Made by a program: the position numbers and the translations under genes
Notes under the pieces: generated by a model
What the model was told of the DNA's origin: nothing
The model's input: the letters and a program-made list of their open reading frames with translations, nothing else
The model's database searches: none
NCBI GenBank assembly: GCA_020341795.1
Contig: CP070836.1
Span: 1,749,722 to 1,789,198 of the forward strand
DNA length: 39,477 nt
Source of the DNA: Thermoplasmatales archaeon
GTDB taxonomy: Archaea > Thermoplasmatota > E2 > DHVEG-1
Direction of reading: 5' to 3'
In this document: positions 20,047 to 29,218 of the stretch, piece by piece
Numbering within the stretch: position 1 is the first letter of the stretch
How the letters are laid out: each line of letters starts with the position of its first letter

Positions 20047-20391
20047 AATGTTTTTTAGCGGGTGTGGAAACTCCGCGAGTGGTTGCACGTGGCAAAGATT
20101 GACTTCCCAGATGCATTCTCGACCCCGTTAACCCTTCGAGCATCAGCAGTTTGCGGTAAGGCTGCTCACTTCCGTGCCTCACCCGGTTCCCGCAACGAAG
20201 ATGTACATATAACCCTCCAGTTATATGTGGTCATCACCTCTAATCCCAAAGGACAAGGTCTCATAGTCAACAAATGGATCAATAAATGCTCGACGCATCG
20301 CCTCTTGGGTTCGACCTCAGCATGAAGGCGATTTCTGAAAACAGGGAACGCCTACCTCCCCAGTCTATTCCACACCTTTCGCCAAACCATT
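20047..20391 (-). other. Bulge-helix-bulge (BHB) processing stem enclosing the SRP RNA
   Basis: 5' arm AATGGTTT-GGCG-AAA-GGTGTGGAA pairs with 3' arm TTCCACACC-CGCT-AAA-AAACATT: a 4-bp central helix with a 3-nt bulge 3' of it on each strand. Confidence 0.8.
20061..20376 (-). ncRNA. ffs: Archaeal SRP RNA (7S)
   Basis: Helix 1 GGTGTGGAA/TTCCACACC; Alu-like GGGAGGTAGGCGTTCCCTGT...AAATCGCC; helix 6 ACATATAACT-GGAG-GGTTATATGT; helix 8 GGTGAGGCAC-GGAA-GTGAGCAGCC; ~316 nt, GC-rich. Confidence 0.95.
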
Positions 20392-20395
20392 TTGT

Positions 20396-20653
20396 TTACA
20401 GTGAACGTCGCATAATTGTGAACAAATTACGAAAGAATTGATAAAATATTAAAGCAAGGGCGATAGCAATAACAACCAGGTTAATACTTACGCTTATCCA
20501 AAGATCTCTGCTACTAGTATCAGGATTTACCAGAAATGATCTAACAAGTAGTCCTATGAAGAGTGCTACTATGAAAAATAGCACTATGTTAATGTACACT
20601 GACCACTTGTACCAAGTTTTTTTGCTAGTCTGACGAATTATGTTTTCAACCAT
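20396..20653 (-). CDS. Small 2-TM membrane protein, hypothetical
   Basis: 85 aa, two hydrophobic segments, AGGAG SD and an upstream TATA box. Confidence 0.8.
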   Translation of the reverse strand: MVENIIRQTSKKTWYKWSVYINIVLFFIVALFIGLLVRSFLVNPDTSSRDLWISVSINLVVIAIALALIFYQFFRNLFTIMRRSL

Positions 20654-20694
20654 AATTATTAACTCCTAATAAACACATTGCAATAAATAAAAGG

Positions 20695-20709
20695 TTATAT
20701 TTAAATTAT
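20695..20709 (-). promoter_or_regulatory. Putative TATA-box promoter of the small membrane gene / SRP RNA unit
   Basis: ATAATTTAAATATAA on the minus strand, identical to the 15-mer upstream of rps12. Confidence 0.5.
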
Positions 20710-20726
20710 GCTTAAATTACAAATAA

Positions 20727-23700
20727 TCAGAAGAAATCATCAAGTTTAGTGGTTTTTACTTTGTCACTAATAAATAATGAATCAATAGATTTTTCAACAA
20801 GAACAATACGTTGACGAGCATAAGGAGAAATATTATATCTTTGTGCAATTTCCTTTGAAATTTCAAGGTATTTTTTTACAGATTTCTCATGAACAGTAAG
20901 GGTGAGCTTACCGTTACATTTGTTACAAACACCTTGTAAAGGTGGACGTCTATAAGTAATATTACAAGTAGGACATCTAACTGATTGTTTACTAAAAGCT
21001 CTAAGATTTCCAAGAATATCAGGTAGAAAATGCTTTTCGATTACTTTATAGGCAACATCTGCTTCATCAACAGCTCTTATCTTTGCAGCAAGGCTAAGTT
21101 GTGCATTCATTTTATCCATCATTGTTTTGAGGGTTTTATAATTAGACATCTTTGGACCCTCAGATATATCATCTGTATCATGTGTAAAACCAAAATTTTC
21201 AAATTGTAGTGTTGTACCAAGATGAGAACCTACTAAACCCATAATTTGTTCAAGGTCTTTCGAATGTTCATGACGTAAAGTAGCCTCATAAAAATCCAAT
21301 GGATAACGAGAAAGTATATCCACATTATGTGCTTCCTTGTCTACCTCTGATGGATCAATACGCGTAGTAAGGATAAGTGGTAAATCCATTTTACCTCCCC
21401 GTTTTTCAGGGATGTAAGAATGAGAAAAATTCAAAAGAGCATCCATAAGAAGCATTAAACCATCTTCATCACCATCTGCATTCCGTCGTTTTGATGCATG
21501 ATAAAATGGATGTGCATAGCAAACTTGTGCATCTGTAAATCCAATAATTCGTGAAAGGGATCCTGCAGATGTATGAGGTGCAAGCCCAACAGTTAGATGA
21601 CCTGTTAGATTTTCTAGTTTTTTTAATTTATAAAACCGATTCATGTCATAGAATTTCCATAACAAATCGTCAATGAATTTAGTAACCTGTACAAAATATT
21701 CAGCACATGATTTTGATATTATTACATCTTGTACTTTCAACTCAACGATTTGATCATCAGATACAAGGTCATTATTCAGATAATCTTTTGTATATCCTAG
21801 CTCTTTAAGTCTTTCAATTGATACATTTATTTCTTTTGGTTTGAAATGAGTAAGTGGTGCATCTGTCATATCAAATCTTATTGTTCCATCTTTAAATACA
21901 TGTACTCCATGTTTTGCTCGAAGTATTCCTTTTTCAAGAGGTTCTGGTGTTTTATGTTTTGATATTGTTCCTATAACACCCTTAATTGTTTCTGGGAGAG
22001 TTCTTTCTTTTATGTTTTCTTGTGCAATTTTTAACTCTTCTGCAAGGTTTATTTCAAGTGTTTCTATGTATCCATTCCCCATATCTGTGTGATTTCCACA
22101 ATTGCAGAATAGCCGGTGAGTTTTTTTTCTACAATTTGAACAGTATCTTACACCTGCTTCAATTTCAATTTTTCCAAGTTCTGCAGCATTGCGTATTAGT
22201 CTTTGATTACCTCCATAGTTTCCAATTGGGAAAAGCACATGCGGTGGTGGTCTCATTTTTCGAGCTGCTGCTTTTTCTGGTCTTCCCATTCTGGTTCCAA
22301 TTCTAAAAGGTGCTCGTGGTTGAATACGTATTCCGGATTGTTTTGATACAAGATTTACTGGATTTTTTTCATTTGTTGTTTTTTGATAACGATTTGATTC
22401 AACAATTTTTCCATTTTTAACATCAAGTCCGCAACATTTGATTAATGGATATGAATATCTGTTAAGAATAAGAGTATCATATTTTTGACTATGGAGTGCT
22501 CCCAGGTTGATCAATATTTGTTTTATATCATCATTTTTTGGTAATAATAATGAATTATTTGTTAAGTTACCATTTTCTAAGATATATTTTGATAAATGTA
22601 TTATATCTTCAACCTTTATATCATGCCAAAATAAGTTATAATAAGGATGCAATGGGATTTTATATTTTTTAGAAAGCCCATATGCTTCATCCCAGAGTGG
22701 TTTATGTAAATCAATATCACTTCCAAAATCATTTATTATTTTAGTTAGAGTTTTTTCATCTGCTTGTTTGATATTTTTAAATGTATAATCTTTAGGTAAA
22801 AGATCTAATTTCTTTTGAAGATCTTGTATCCACCACTCATAAACATAACTTGAATCTGGAAGAAGAGCATTATTTTCAATAAATTCACCAAAAGGAATAA
22901 GTATTTCACCAAGATCTATTATTTTTTTAATTTCATTTTTTTTAATATCTTTAAGCGTGTTTAATTGTACAAGATTTCCATTTCGAAGAAGACATATCGG
23001 ACCTTCTATAGTGTTACATGGCGTTCCAATTGTCCCCTTTCCAGGTCTTTCAGTTTTTAACTGAGTTCCAACAGCAATAAAACCATCAAGTATGAACATG
23101 GATGCAGGATTAATCGCAGTAGATGCAAGACCTGCGGTTCTTGCACGACCATATCTGAGTCTAAAACCACCTTTTCTTGATGGATGAGAAAAAACAGGAC
23201 GTCCTGCAATTACATCTCCTATATATTTTGAAGAAGAATCAATTACTGGAATTTCATCTGTTTTTTTTTCATCACTTATAGTTTTAGATTTAAATATATC
23301 TAAAAAATCCCATTCTCTAAGTTTTAGTTTTTTTACATGTTTTAATATTTTTGGAGCCTTTAAACATAAACCTTCAGCGATAACTAGACAAGCTCCTCCA
23401 CGTAGACGGTTTGTACCAACACGAGGCAGATCTCTATATCCAGTTACTTCTTCATCTTCTGTACCTTCACCGTTTATACATATTGGGCAACCTCTAACGA
23501 TTTTATCTATTTCTTCAATACTTGGAGTATATTGTAGATGTTGTGCTCTCTTGTATAAAGGTATTTCTTCCTTATATCTTTCAATTTCTCCATCTGTTGG
23601 TATATATGGTCCGATTTTCATTTCACGACGTACTATATCTGCGATTAGAACACTCATTGCCTGTCCGGTTCCACCGGCTGATCTTATTGGTCCTGAAAAA

Positions 23701-24146
23701 TATAAGTCAATAAAATTAGTTCCATCATTATTGTTACCTAGTTTAACTTCAGCAATCCCCTCAAGTGGTGCAACAAGAACTCCTTCTGTTAGTATCGCAA
23801 GGCCTGTTCTAATTGCTTGGTCTAATGCTTCTTCTGATGTTTTGAAATTATATTTTTTTTCCTTTACAATTTCTTTTGCTATTTCAATAGATACTAATTC
23901 TCTATTTCCAATTTTTTTTGTTACTTGTCTGATTTTTGGAGCGATATTTTTTGGTCCGACAAGTTGTTCTACTCGTGCTGCAAGATCAAGTGCTTGAGGT
24001 ATTTCTACATTAAATTCAGGGTCAAGTCCTTTCTTTCTTGCTTCAATAGCTATTTCATAGCATAAATCAATGTTTTTTTGTAAATTTTGAAAATACTCAT
24101 GCATTTCTGAGCTAGCAACAATATTTTTCGAAAGGTCCCCACCCAT
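20727..24146 (-). CDS. polC: DNA polymerase D large subunit DP2 (no intein)
   Basis: GPIRSAGGT, GGFRLRYGR, RMGRPEKA, catalytic DGDED, C-terminal Zn finger and PIP-like KLDDFF. Confidence 0.98.
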   Translation of the reverse strand: MGGDLSKNIVASSEMHEYFQNLQKNIDLCYEIAIEARKKGLDPEFNVEIPQALDLAARVEQLVGPKNIAPKIRQVTKKIGNRELVSIEIAKEIVKEKKYNFKTSEEALDQAIRTGLAILTEGVLVAPLEGIAEVKLGNNNDGTNFIDLYFSGPIRSAGGTGQAMSVLIADIVRREMKIGPYIPTDGEIERYKEEIPLYKRAQHLQYTPSIEEIDKIVRGCPICINGEGTEDEEVTGYRDLPRVGTNRLRGGACLVIAEGLCLKAPKILKHVKKLKLREWDFLDIFKSKTISDEKKTDEIPVIDSSSKYIGDVIAGRPVFSHPSRKGGFRLRYGRARTAGLASTAINPASMFILDGFIAVGTQLKTERPGKGTIGTPCNTIEGPICLLRNGNLVQLNTLKDIKKNEIKKIIDLGEILIPFGEFIENNALLPDSSYVYEWWIQDLQKKLDLLPKDYTFKNIKQADEKTLTKIINDFGSDIDLHKPLWDEAYGLSKKYKIPLHPYYNLFWHDIKVEDIIHLSKYILENGNLTNNSLLLPKNDDIKQILINLGALHSQKYDTLILNRYSYPLIKCCGLDVKNGKIVESNRYQKTTNEKNPVNLVSKQSGIRIQPRAPFRIGTRMGRPEKAAARKMRPPPHVLFPIGNYGGNQRLIRNAAELGKIEIEAGVRYCSNCRKKTHRLFCNCGNHTDMGNGYIETLEINLAEELKIAQENIKERTLPETIKGVIGTISKHKTPEPLEKGILRAKHGVHVFKDGTIRFDMTDAPLTHFKPKEINVSIERLKELGYTKDYLNNDLVSDDQIVELKVQDVIISKSCAEYFVQVTKFIDDLLWKFYDMNRFYKLKKLENLTGHLTVGLAPHTSAGSLSRIIGFTDAQVCYAHPFYHASKRRNADGDEDGLMLLMDALLNFSHSYIPEKRGGKMDLPLILTTRIDPSEVDKEAHNVDILSRYPLDFYEATLRHEHSKDLEQIMGLVGSHLGTTLQFENFGFTHDTDDISEGPKMSNYKTLKTMMDKMNAQLSLAAKIRAVDEADVAYKVIEKHFLPDILGNLRAFSKQSVRCPTCNITYRRPPLQGVCNKCNGKLTLTVHEKSVKKYLEISKEIAQRYNISPYARQRIVLVEKSIDSLFISDKVKTTKLDDFF

Positions 24147-24240
24147 GTGTCTCCATCTCTAAAAAAGTAGGTAAAATTCTTAAATGCAAAAAAAACGTTT
24201 AAAGTTTTGTATATATTAAAAAATAAAAAATTTTGGATTT

Positions 24241-25905
24241 TTATCTAGCTGTAAAATCCATCATTGTGACATTACCAGTTTTGAGGTCAACAATTGGTAA
24301 TTTTGCAGAATCTGGTATAAAATTAAGCATTTTCTGATAAGAAGTTTGAGATAGCCAGCTTGATGCATTTATAAGTTTTACACCGCGGTAATCACTGAAT
24401 TGCGCAAGATGGACATGTCCGGTTACAAAAATATCAGGTATTCTATCGATAACCATATAATCAAGATGCTCTGGTGCAAGAGGTGTATAACCACCATAAG
24501 TCGGTGCAAGATGATGCTTTCGAAGCATTACCTTCATGATTTCCACCGGATCATTATATTTTAAATGTTGAATGTTTGTAGCAAAATCTAAAAGACTCTG
24601 ACCATGATATGATAAAACCTCAACACCATGTAGAGAAAAATAACAAGGATTTCCAACAAAGGTCATATTCATATCTGAAAATAATTCCTGAATTTCTTTT
24701 TCAAAAGTTGGCTGGGGTTCGGCAGGTCGGACAGCATCATGATTTCCAGGTTGAATAATCATTGAAATATGATCCGGGATTAACTTTAACTGCTCTGCAA
24801 GGGCTTCATATTGTCTATAAACATCAACAATTGAAAGTTCTTTATCTTGGTTAGGATAAATACCTATTCCATCAACAACATCTCCAGGTATAATAATATA
24901 CTTGATTTTTCCAGCGACATCACGCTGACGACTATTACCCATCTCACCATTTATCCATCTGAGAAATCCTTGCCATTCATCTTGCATAAATTGTTTACTT
25001 CCAACATGAATATCAGATAGAAAAGCTGCGTAAACAGGTATATCTGCTTTATGAGACTCATAATGAATACTAATATCTGGAAATACAACGCTTCGAATAA
25101 CTAATAGATCTCCATTTTTACTAAGCTGTCCACGAATACCTATTATTTCATCAAGTACAACTTCATTAGCCATCCGCAGAACATCTCTTTGTTTTTTAAG
25201 AGCGATACAAGTTATTGTATCAGATTCATCTTCAAGCTCTAGTAATCTATGACCATTAGTTGTATTCCTAACATCTTTTACAATACCTATTATTTGAATA
25301 TCCTTAAAACCACTTTTTTTAATTTTATTAATTGGTATTGCATTTGCAAGTTCTCTTCTTTGAAGTCTAAGAATTTTTCTTAAAGAGTTATAACGATTTA
25401 CAAAAAGTTTAGTAAAATCATTCGTGGTTCCTTCACAAATGGAATTACCTGTAATATCTTTGATAATATCAATTTCAGAGTTATATTCTCTAGCTTGCGG
25501 TTTCCATCCTTTCACTTTTTTAATCTCAATTACTTTTGGAAGTGTTTTTTCTGATTCTTCTTCTGGGATACTTATCTGATCCTCCTTATCAGGATCGTCA
25601 TAGTCAAGTTCAGTATCAGCACGTGGATTTATTACTGGTTCATTACCATATAGTGAAGATAGCATTTTAGTTTGTAGTTTTTTAATTTCTAAAGGATCAG
25701 CATCTATTTTTGATGGTTCTTTAGTTGGTATGTTTTGTTCAAGGTTTTTAACCAATTCAACTGTTAATACTAAAGGATATTCCTCTATATTTTTTGTTAT
25801 AAAAGAGACAAATTCATCAGGTTTTTCTTTTGATATTATGTATTCTAGAGTTTCTGGTTGTATAAATGTTCCATGCTCTGAGAATGTTTTGATAATGTGC
25901 TTCAT
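24241..25905 (-). CDS. polB: DNA polymerase D small (proofreading exonuclease) subunit DP1
   Basis: OB fold plus calcineurin-like motifs SDIHVGS, GDVVDG, PGNHD, YHG and GHVH. Confidence 0.97.
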   Translation of the reverse strand: MKHIIKTFSEHGTFIQPETLEYIISKEKPDEFVSFITKNIEEYPLVLTVELVKNLEQNIPTKEPSKIDADPLEIKKLQTKMLSSLYGNEPVINPRADTELDYDDPDKEDQISIPEEESEKTLPKVIEIKKVKGWKPQAREYNSEIDIIKDITGNSICEGTTNDFTKLFVNRYNSLRKILRLQRRELANAIPINKIKKSGFKDIQIIGIVKDVRNTTNGHRLLELEDESDTITCIALKKQRDVLRMANEVVLDEIIGIRGQLSKNGDLLVIRSVVFPDISIHYESHKADIPVYAAFLSDIHVGSKQFMQDEWQGFLRWINGEMGNSRQRDVAGKIKYIIIPGDVVDGIGIYPNQDKELSIVDVYRQYEALAEQLKLIPDHISMIIQPGNHDAVRPAEPQPTFEKEIQELFSDMNMTFVGNPCYFSLHGVEVLSYHGQSLLDFATNIQHLKYNDPVEIMKVMLRKHHLAPTYGGYTPLAPEHLDYMVIDRIPDIFVTGHVHLAQFSDYRGVKLINASSWLSQTSYQKMLNFIPDSAKLPIVDLKTGNVTMMDFTAR

Positions 25906-26180
25906 TTTCCCGTCCCATAAAAAATAAATATGTGTAAAAAGGTGTATGTAAAAACCTGGTTTTTATTATTACGGTTAAAAAAACATTTTTAAAAAAAACA
26001 AAACCTCGGTATTAAACTCTAGGTAATATATATATTTTTCTATAAATATAACATTTTATAGTTAAGAAAATACGTTATTTTACATATGAAAATTGAAGTT
26101 ATAAAATATTCATTTTTTTACTTAATTTTTCCAAAAATATATAAAAGAGAAAAATCTAACATTAGAGTGGGAACAAGAAA

Positions 26181-26477
26181 ATGATCAGCCTAAAAATCTA
26201 TAAACAAGGAAACGAACTACTCGTTGGTGCATGCGATGAAAATCTAATAGGAAAAAAAATTGAAGATGGGAAATTCCAATTAGAAATTAAGAAAGAATTT
26301 TATGATGGTGAAAGAGTATCACCAGATATACTAAAACAATTTTTAGCAGAAGCAACAATTGCAAATCTTGTAGGAGAAACAACAATTAAAGTAGCAATAA
26401 AAATGGGACTTATTGATCCTGATTGTATTATAAGAATTAAAGGTATTCCTCATGCTCAGATGGTAAGAATGCTATAA
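26181..26477 (+). CDS. DUF424 family protein
   Basis: LVGACDENLIGK, FYDG, ATIANLVG and IKGIPHAQ motifs. Confidence 0.9.
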   Translation: MISLKIYKQGNELLVGACDENLIGKKIEDGKFQLEIKKEFYDGERVSPDILKQFLAEATIANLVGETTIKVAIKMGLIDPDCIIRIKGIPHAQMVRML

Positions 26478-26924
26478 ACTGTTAATTTTTTGTATCATAT
26501 TTTTAAAATGACTTCCTTGCCAATAAATTTTGTCACATTTTTTACAATACCAAAAATTTTCATTATTTTTAAAAATTCTATTAGGTACTTTATTTTTAAT
26601 ATCATTTTTATTAATCTCGCTGACAAGAGAATTACATAATAAACATCTTGATAAAAAAAATTCTTTATCAATTTTAACTTTTTTTAAGACTTGATTTAAT
26701 TGCTCATCTATATTTTTTTCAGTAACTTTAATTGATTTAATATTTTCTCTTCTTGATTTATAAATAAGTTGTATATCACGAGTAATAAGTATACGGTTTT
26801 CTTTTTTTGCAATTTCTATTAACTTGTTATCATCTAAATCATCTGTAGCATAAAGAGTGTCTAAACCATATATACGCAACCATTTAGCAAGAGTACCAAG
26901 CATTTGATCGCATAGGAATTTCAT
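26472..26924 (-). CDS. Mut7-C RNase domain protein (PIN-like plus Zn ribbon, DUF82)
   Basis: KFLCDQMLGTLAKWLR..G.DT, RILITRD, RC..CN and C..C.KIYWQGSH motifs. Confidence 0.92.
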   Translation of the reverse strand: MKFLCDQMLGTLAKWLRIYGLDTLYATDDLDDNKLIEIAKKENRILITRDIQLIYKSRRENIKSIKVTEKNIDEQLNQVLKKVKIDKEFFLSRCLLCNSLVSEINKNDIKNKVPNRIFKNNENFWYCKKCDKIYWQGSHFKNMIQKINSL

Positions 26925-27574
26925 TTTATCAATCTATAATGAACTAATATACCATTACCTATTTTATTTACATCAACAACTTCAAGATTAACAATATTTT
27001 CATTTTTAGTTATACCTTCTCCATCGGCCATAGAAGGAGTGTATTTACCACCTATTATCACTGGACCAATAAATACAAATAAATCATCAACAAAACCCTG
27101 TTTTAAAAAATTCCATATAATTGTACTTCCACCTTCAACCATAAGTTTATTAATTTCATAATTAAGGAGTTTTTCAAGCATTTCTTCAAGATCTATTAAA
27201 CCCTCAGAATCAATCCCACATTGAATGATTTCAACATTATCCCCATATTTTTTATCACATTCTTCATTTGCAAAAATTAAGGTTTTTGCATTTTCATCAA
27301 CAGCGAGTGAATTAGGTTTTGTTCTACAATGGGTATCTAAAATAATTCTTATTGGATTCCTTGGATTTTTCACATATTGTTCTTTTACAGTTAATTTTGG
27401 ATTATCAGAAAGAATTGTACCAACACCAACGAGTACCGCATCGTTACTATTTCTTAGGTTATACATACTTTTAATATCTTCTTCATTTGAAATACGTAAT
27501 TGATGTCCGGTAGGGGATGCGATTTTTCCATCAGCACTCATTGCACAATTTATAATCACATATGGTCTTTTCAT
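26921..27574 (-). CDS. 2,5-diamino-6-ribosylamino-4(3H)-pyrimidinone 5'-phosphate reductase (RibD C-terminal/Rib7 type)
   Basis: RPYVIINCAMSADGKIA, DAVLVGVGT..DNPKLTV and LMVEGG motifs. Confidence 0.9.
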   Translation of the reverse strand: MKRPYVIINCAMSADGKIASPTGHQLRISNEEDIKSMYNLRNSNDAVLVGVGTILSDNPKLTVKEQYVKNPRNPIRIILDTHCRTKPNSLAVDENAKTLIFANEECDKKYGDNVEIIQCGIDSEGLIDLEEMLEKLLNYEINKLMVEGGSTIIWNFLKQGFVDDLFVFIGPVIIGGKYTPSMADGEGITKNENIVNLEVVDVNKIGNGILVHYRLIK

Positions 27575-27580
27575 AAAACA

Positions 27581-28243
27581 TCATTTTGGATAAAGTGGAC
27601 AATCTTTTTTATTTTCAGGACAAATTTTCTTTGTTTTACATGCTGGACCTGCTTTTTTGAATATAGTTGGAGCAATTTTCTTTACTTCTTTAAGCATCTT
27701 GTTTGCAAGTTGACGGATCTCCCATTGTGCATGTTGACAACAACGTAACTCAAAAAAATTCATCAAACTTCGAGCATTCATTGTTACAATAATATTTGTA
27801 CATGTAGCGTTTGGAAGAACAAATCTAGCATCCTCTGCAGGGATACCCATTTCAATCAGTTTATTATATTGGCTCCATATGTTTTCCATTGTCTGATCAT
27901 AGGCTTTTTTCATAATATTATTTTTAATAATTTTAGGAGGAGTAACATAGCAAGGATCATTTAAATTAACATATCGCTGGCTTTGCTGAGCGTAACTTGC
28001 TATACGATGGCGTACAAGTTGATGAGTAAGACTTCGGCTAACATCGCTTATGGCAAAAGTAAAACAAGTATGCTCAATTACACTTGTATGCCCTTGGTTT
28101 ACAACATGATCAAGAATAGCTTTAAGCTCCTTTTCAGATGATTTGTCAAGATCCTCTGGTTTAGTCTTACTATGTGTAAGTTTTGCTGCCATAGCTGGTA
28201 GTTTCTCAGGATTTGGAGTAAAACCTATCAGTTTAACATTCAT
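27581..28243 (-). CDS. thyX: Flavin-dependent thymidylate synthase
   Basis: GHTSVIEH, RHRIASYAQQSQRY, EDAR and AQWEIR; ATG 28243 follows GGAG. Confidence 0.96.
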   Translation of the reverse strand: MNVKLIGFTPNPEKLPAMAAKLTHSKTKPEDLDKSSEKELKAILDHVVNQGHTSVIEHTCFTFAISDVSRSLTHQLVRHRIASYAQQSQRYVNLNDPCYVTPPKIIKNNIMKKAYDQTMENIWSQYNKLIEMGIPAEDARFVLPNATCTNIIVTMNARSLMNFFELRCCQHAQWEIRQLANKMLKEVKKIAPTIFKKAGPACKTKKICPENKKDCPLYPK

Positions 28244-28404
28244 ATATATTTCTCCACAGATTTCAAAGGTATGCACTTCGCTTTTATTATTTTTAAGGTG
28301 AGTTAATTTAATAGTTATTAATGCTTAAAATAAAACCATAAGCTTTTAAAAACCATTGGAAATACACTCAGGCAATTACATTGAAAAAATAAGGGAGGAT
28401 ATAC

Positions 28405-28938
28405 ATGGTCGCATTTGTAATTACAACTATTGTATGTTTCATAACCTACCTGTTACTCACAACAGGAACAGCAAACAATTCATCCATGGTAAATTTATGG
28501 TTATGGAGTATTGAAGAAATCATTTTAGGACTAATTTTATCGATAATTGTTGGAATCATAGCAAGAAAAATATTTATTAAAAAAAGTATTAGGATGTTAA
28601 ATCCGGTTAGATGGTTTATTTTTATCGGGTATCTTTTTTATTTCTTTTATGAAATGGCAAAAGCAAATTTTGATGTTGCTTACCGTGTGATAACTGGTAA
28701 GATAAATCCTGGTATTGTTAAAATATCACCAGATCTTAAAACAGATCTTGGAACAACAATGCTCGCAAACTCAATTACCCTTACACCAGGGACATTAACT
28801 GTTGATGTAGATGAAGATTGTAACGATTTATATATACACTGGATAAACGTAAAAAAAGAAGCACTTGAGAAAAAACCAGTAGATTGTAAATATGTATGTG
28901 CAGGTTTCCCAAAATGGGTTAGGAGGATTGCGGAATGA
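28405..28938 (+). CDS. mbhA: Mrp/Mbh subunit E-like (MnhE/MbhA)
   Basis: KANFDVAYRV, INPGIV, LANSITLTPGTLT and LYIHW motifs. Confidence 0.88.
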   Translation: MVAFVITTIVCFITYLLLTTGTANNSSMVNLWLWSIEEIILGLILSIIVGIIARKIFIKKSIRMLNPVRWFIFIGYLFYFFYEMAKANFDVAYRVITGKINPGIVKISPDLKTDLGTTMLANSITLTPGTLTVDVDEDCNDLYIHWINVKKEALEKKPVDCKYVCAGFPKWVRRIAE

Positions 28939-29216
28939 TCGAGTTTTTTGGTTTAGATGTATCAATACTTCTAATTGTATTAACTCTTTTATTTTTATCA
29001 ATCACAATGGCAATCATAAGAGTTTTAAAAGGACCAACAGCACCAGATAGAGTAGTCGGACTTGATACAATAAATACAATTGTAATAGTAAGTATGATAA
29101 TATATGGTGTTATTAGTAAATCAATTATTTACATAGACGTAGCAATTGTTTATGCGTTTTTATCGTATATATCAACACTTTTTATCGCTAAATATCTAGA
29201 AGGAGGTGAATTCTAA
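28935..29216 (+). CDS. mbhB: Mrp/Mbh subunit F-like (MnhF/MbhB)
   Basis: GPTAPDRVVGLD motif; 3 TM segments. Confidence 0.88.
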   Translation: MIEFFGLDVSILLIVLTLLFLSITMAIIRVLKGPTAPDRVVGLDTINTIVIVSMIIYGVISKSIIYIDVAIVYAFLSYISTLFIAKYLEGGEF

Positions 29217-29218
29217 CC

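Noticed and set aside
20062-20325. 87-aa plus-strand ORF
   Set aside because: Antisense to the SRP RNA; an artefact of locally high GC
20061-20376. RNase P RNA as the identity of the GC-rich island
   Set aside because: No GAGGAAAGTCC or AACAGAA P4 motifs; helix 6, helix 8 and Alu features identify SRP RNA
17859-24146. Inteins in MCM or DP2
   Set aside because: Protein lengths are normal and the catalytic motifs are uninterrupted
25906-26180. Possible replication origin upstream of DP1
   Set aside because: AT-rich, but no ORB repeats with G-strings and no cdc6/orc1; explained as a divergent promoter region
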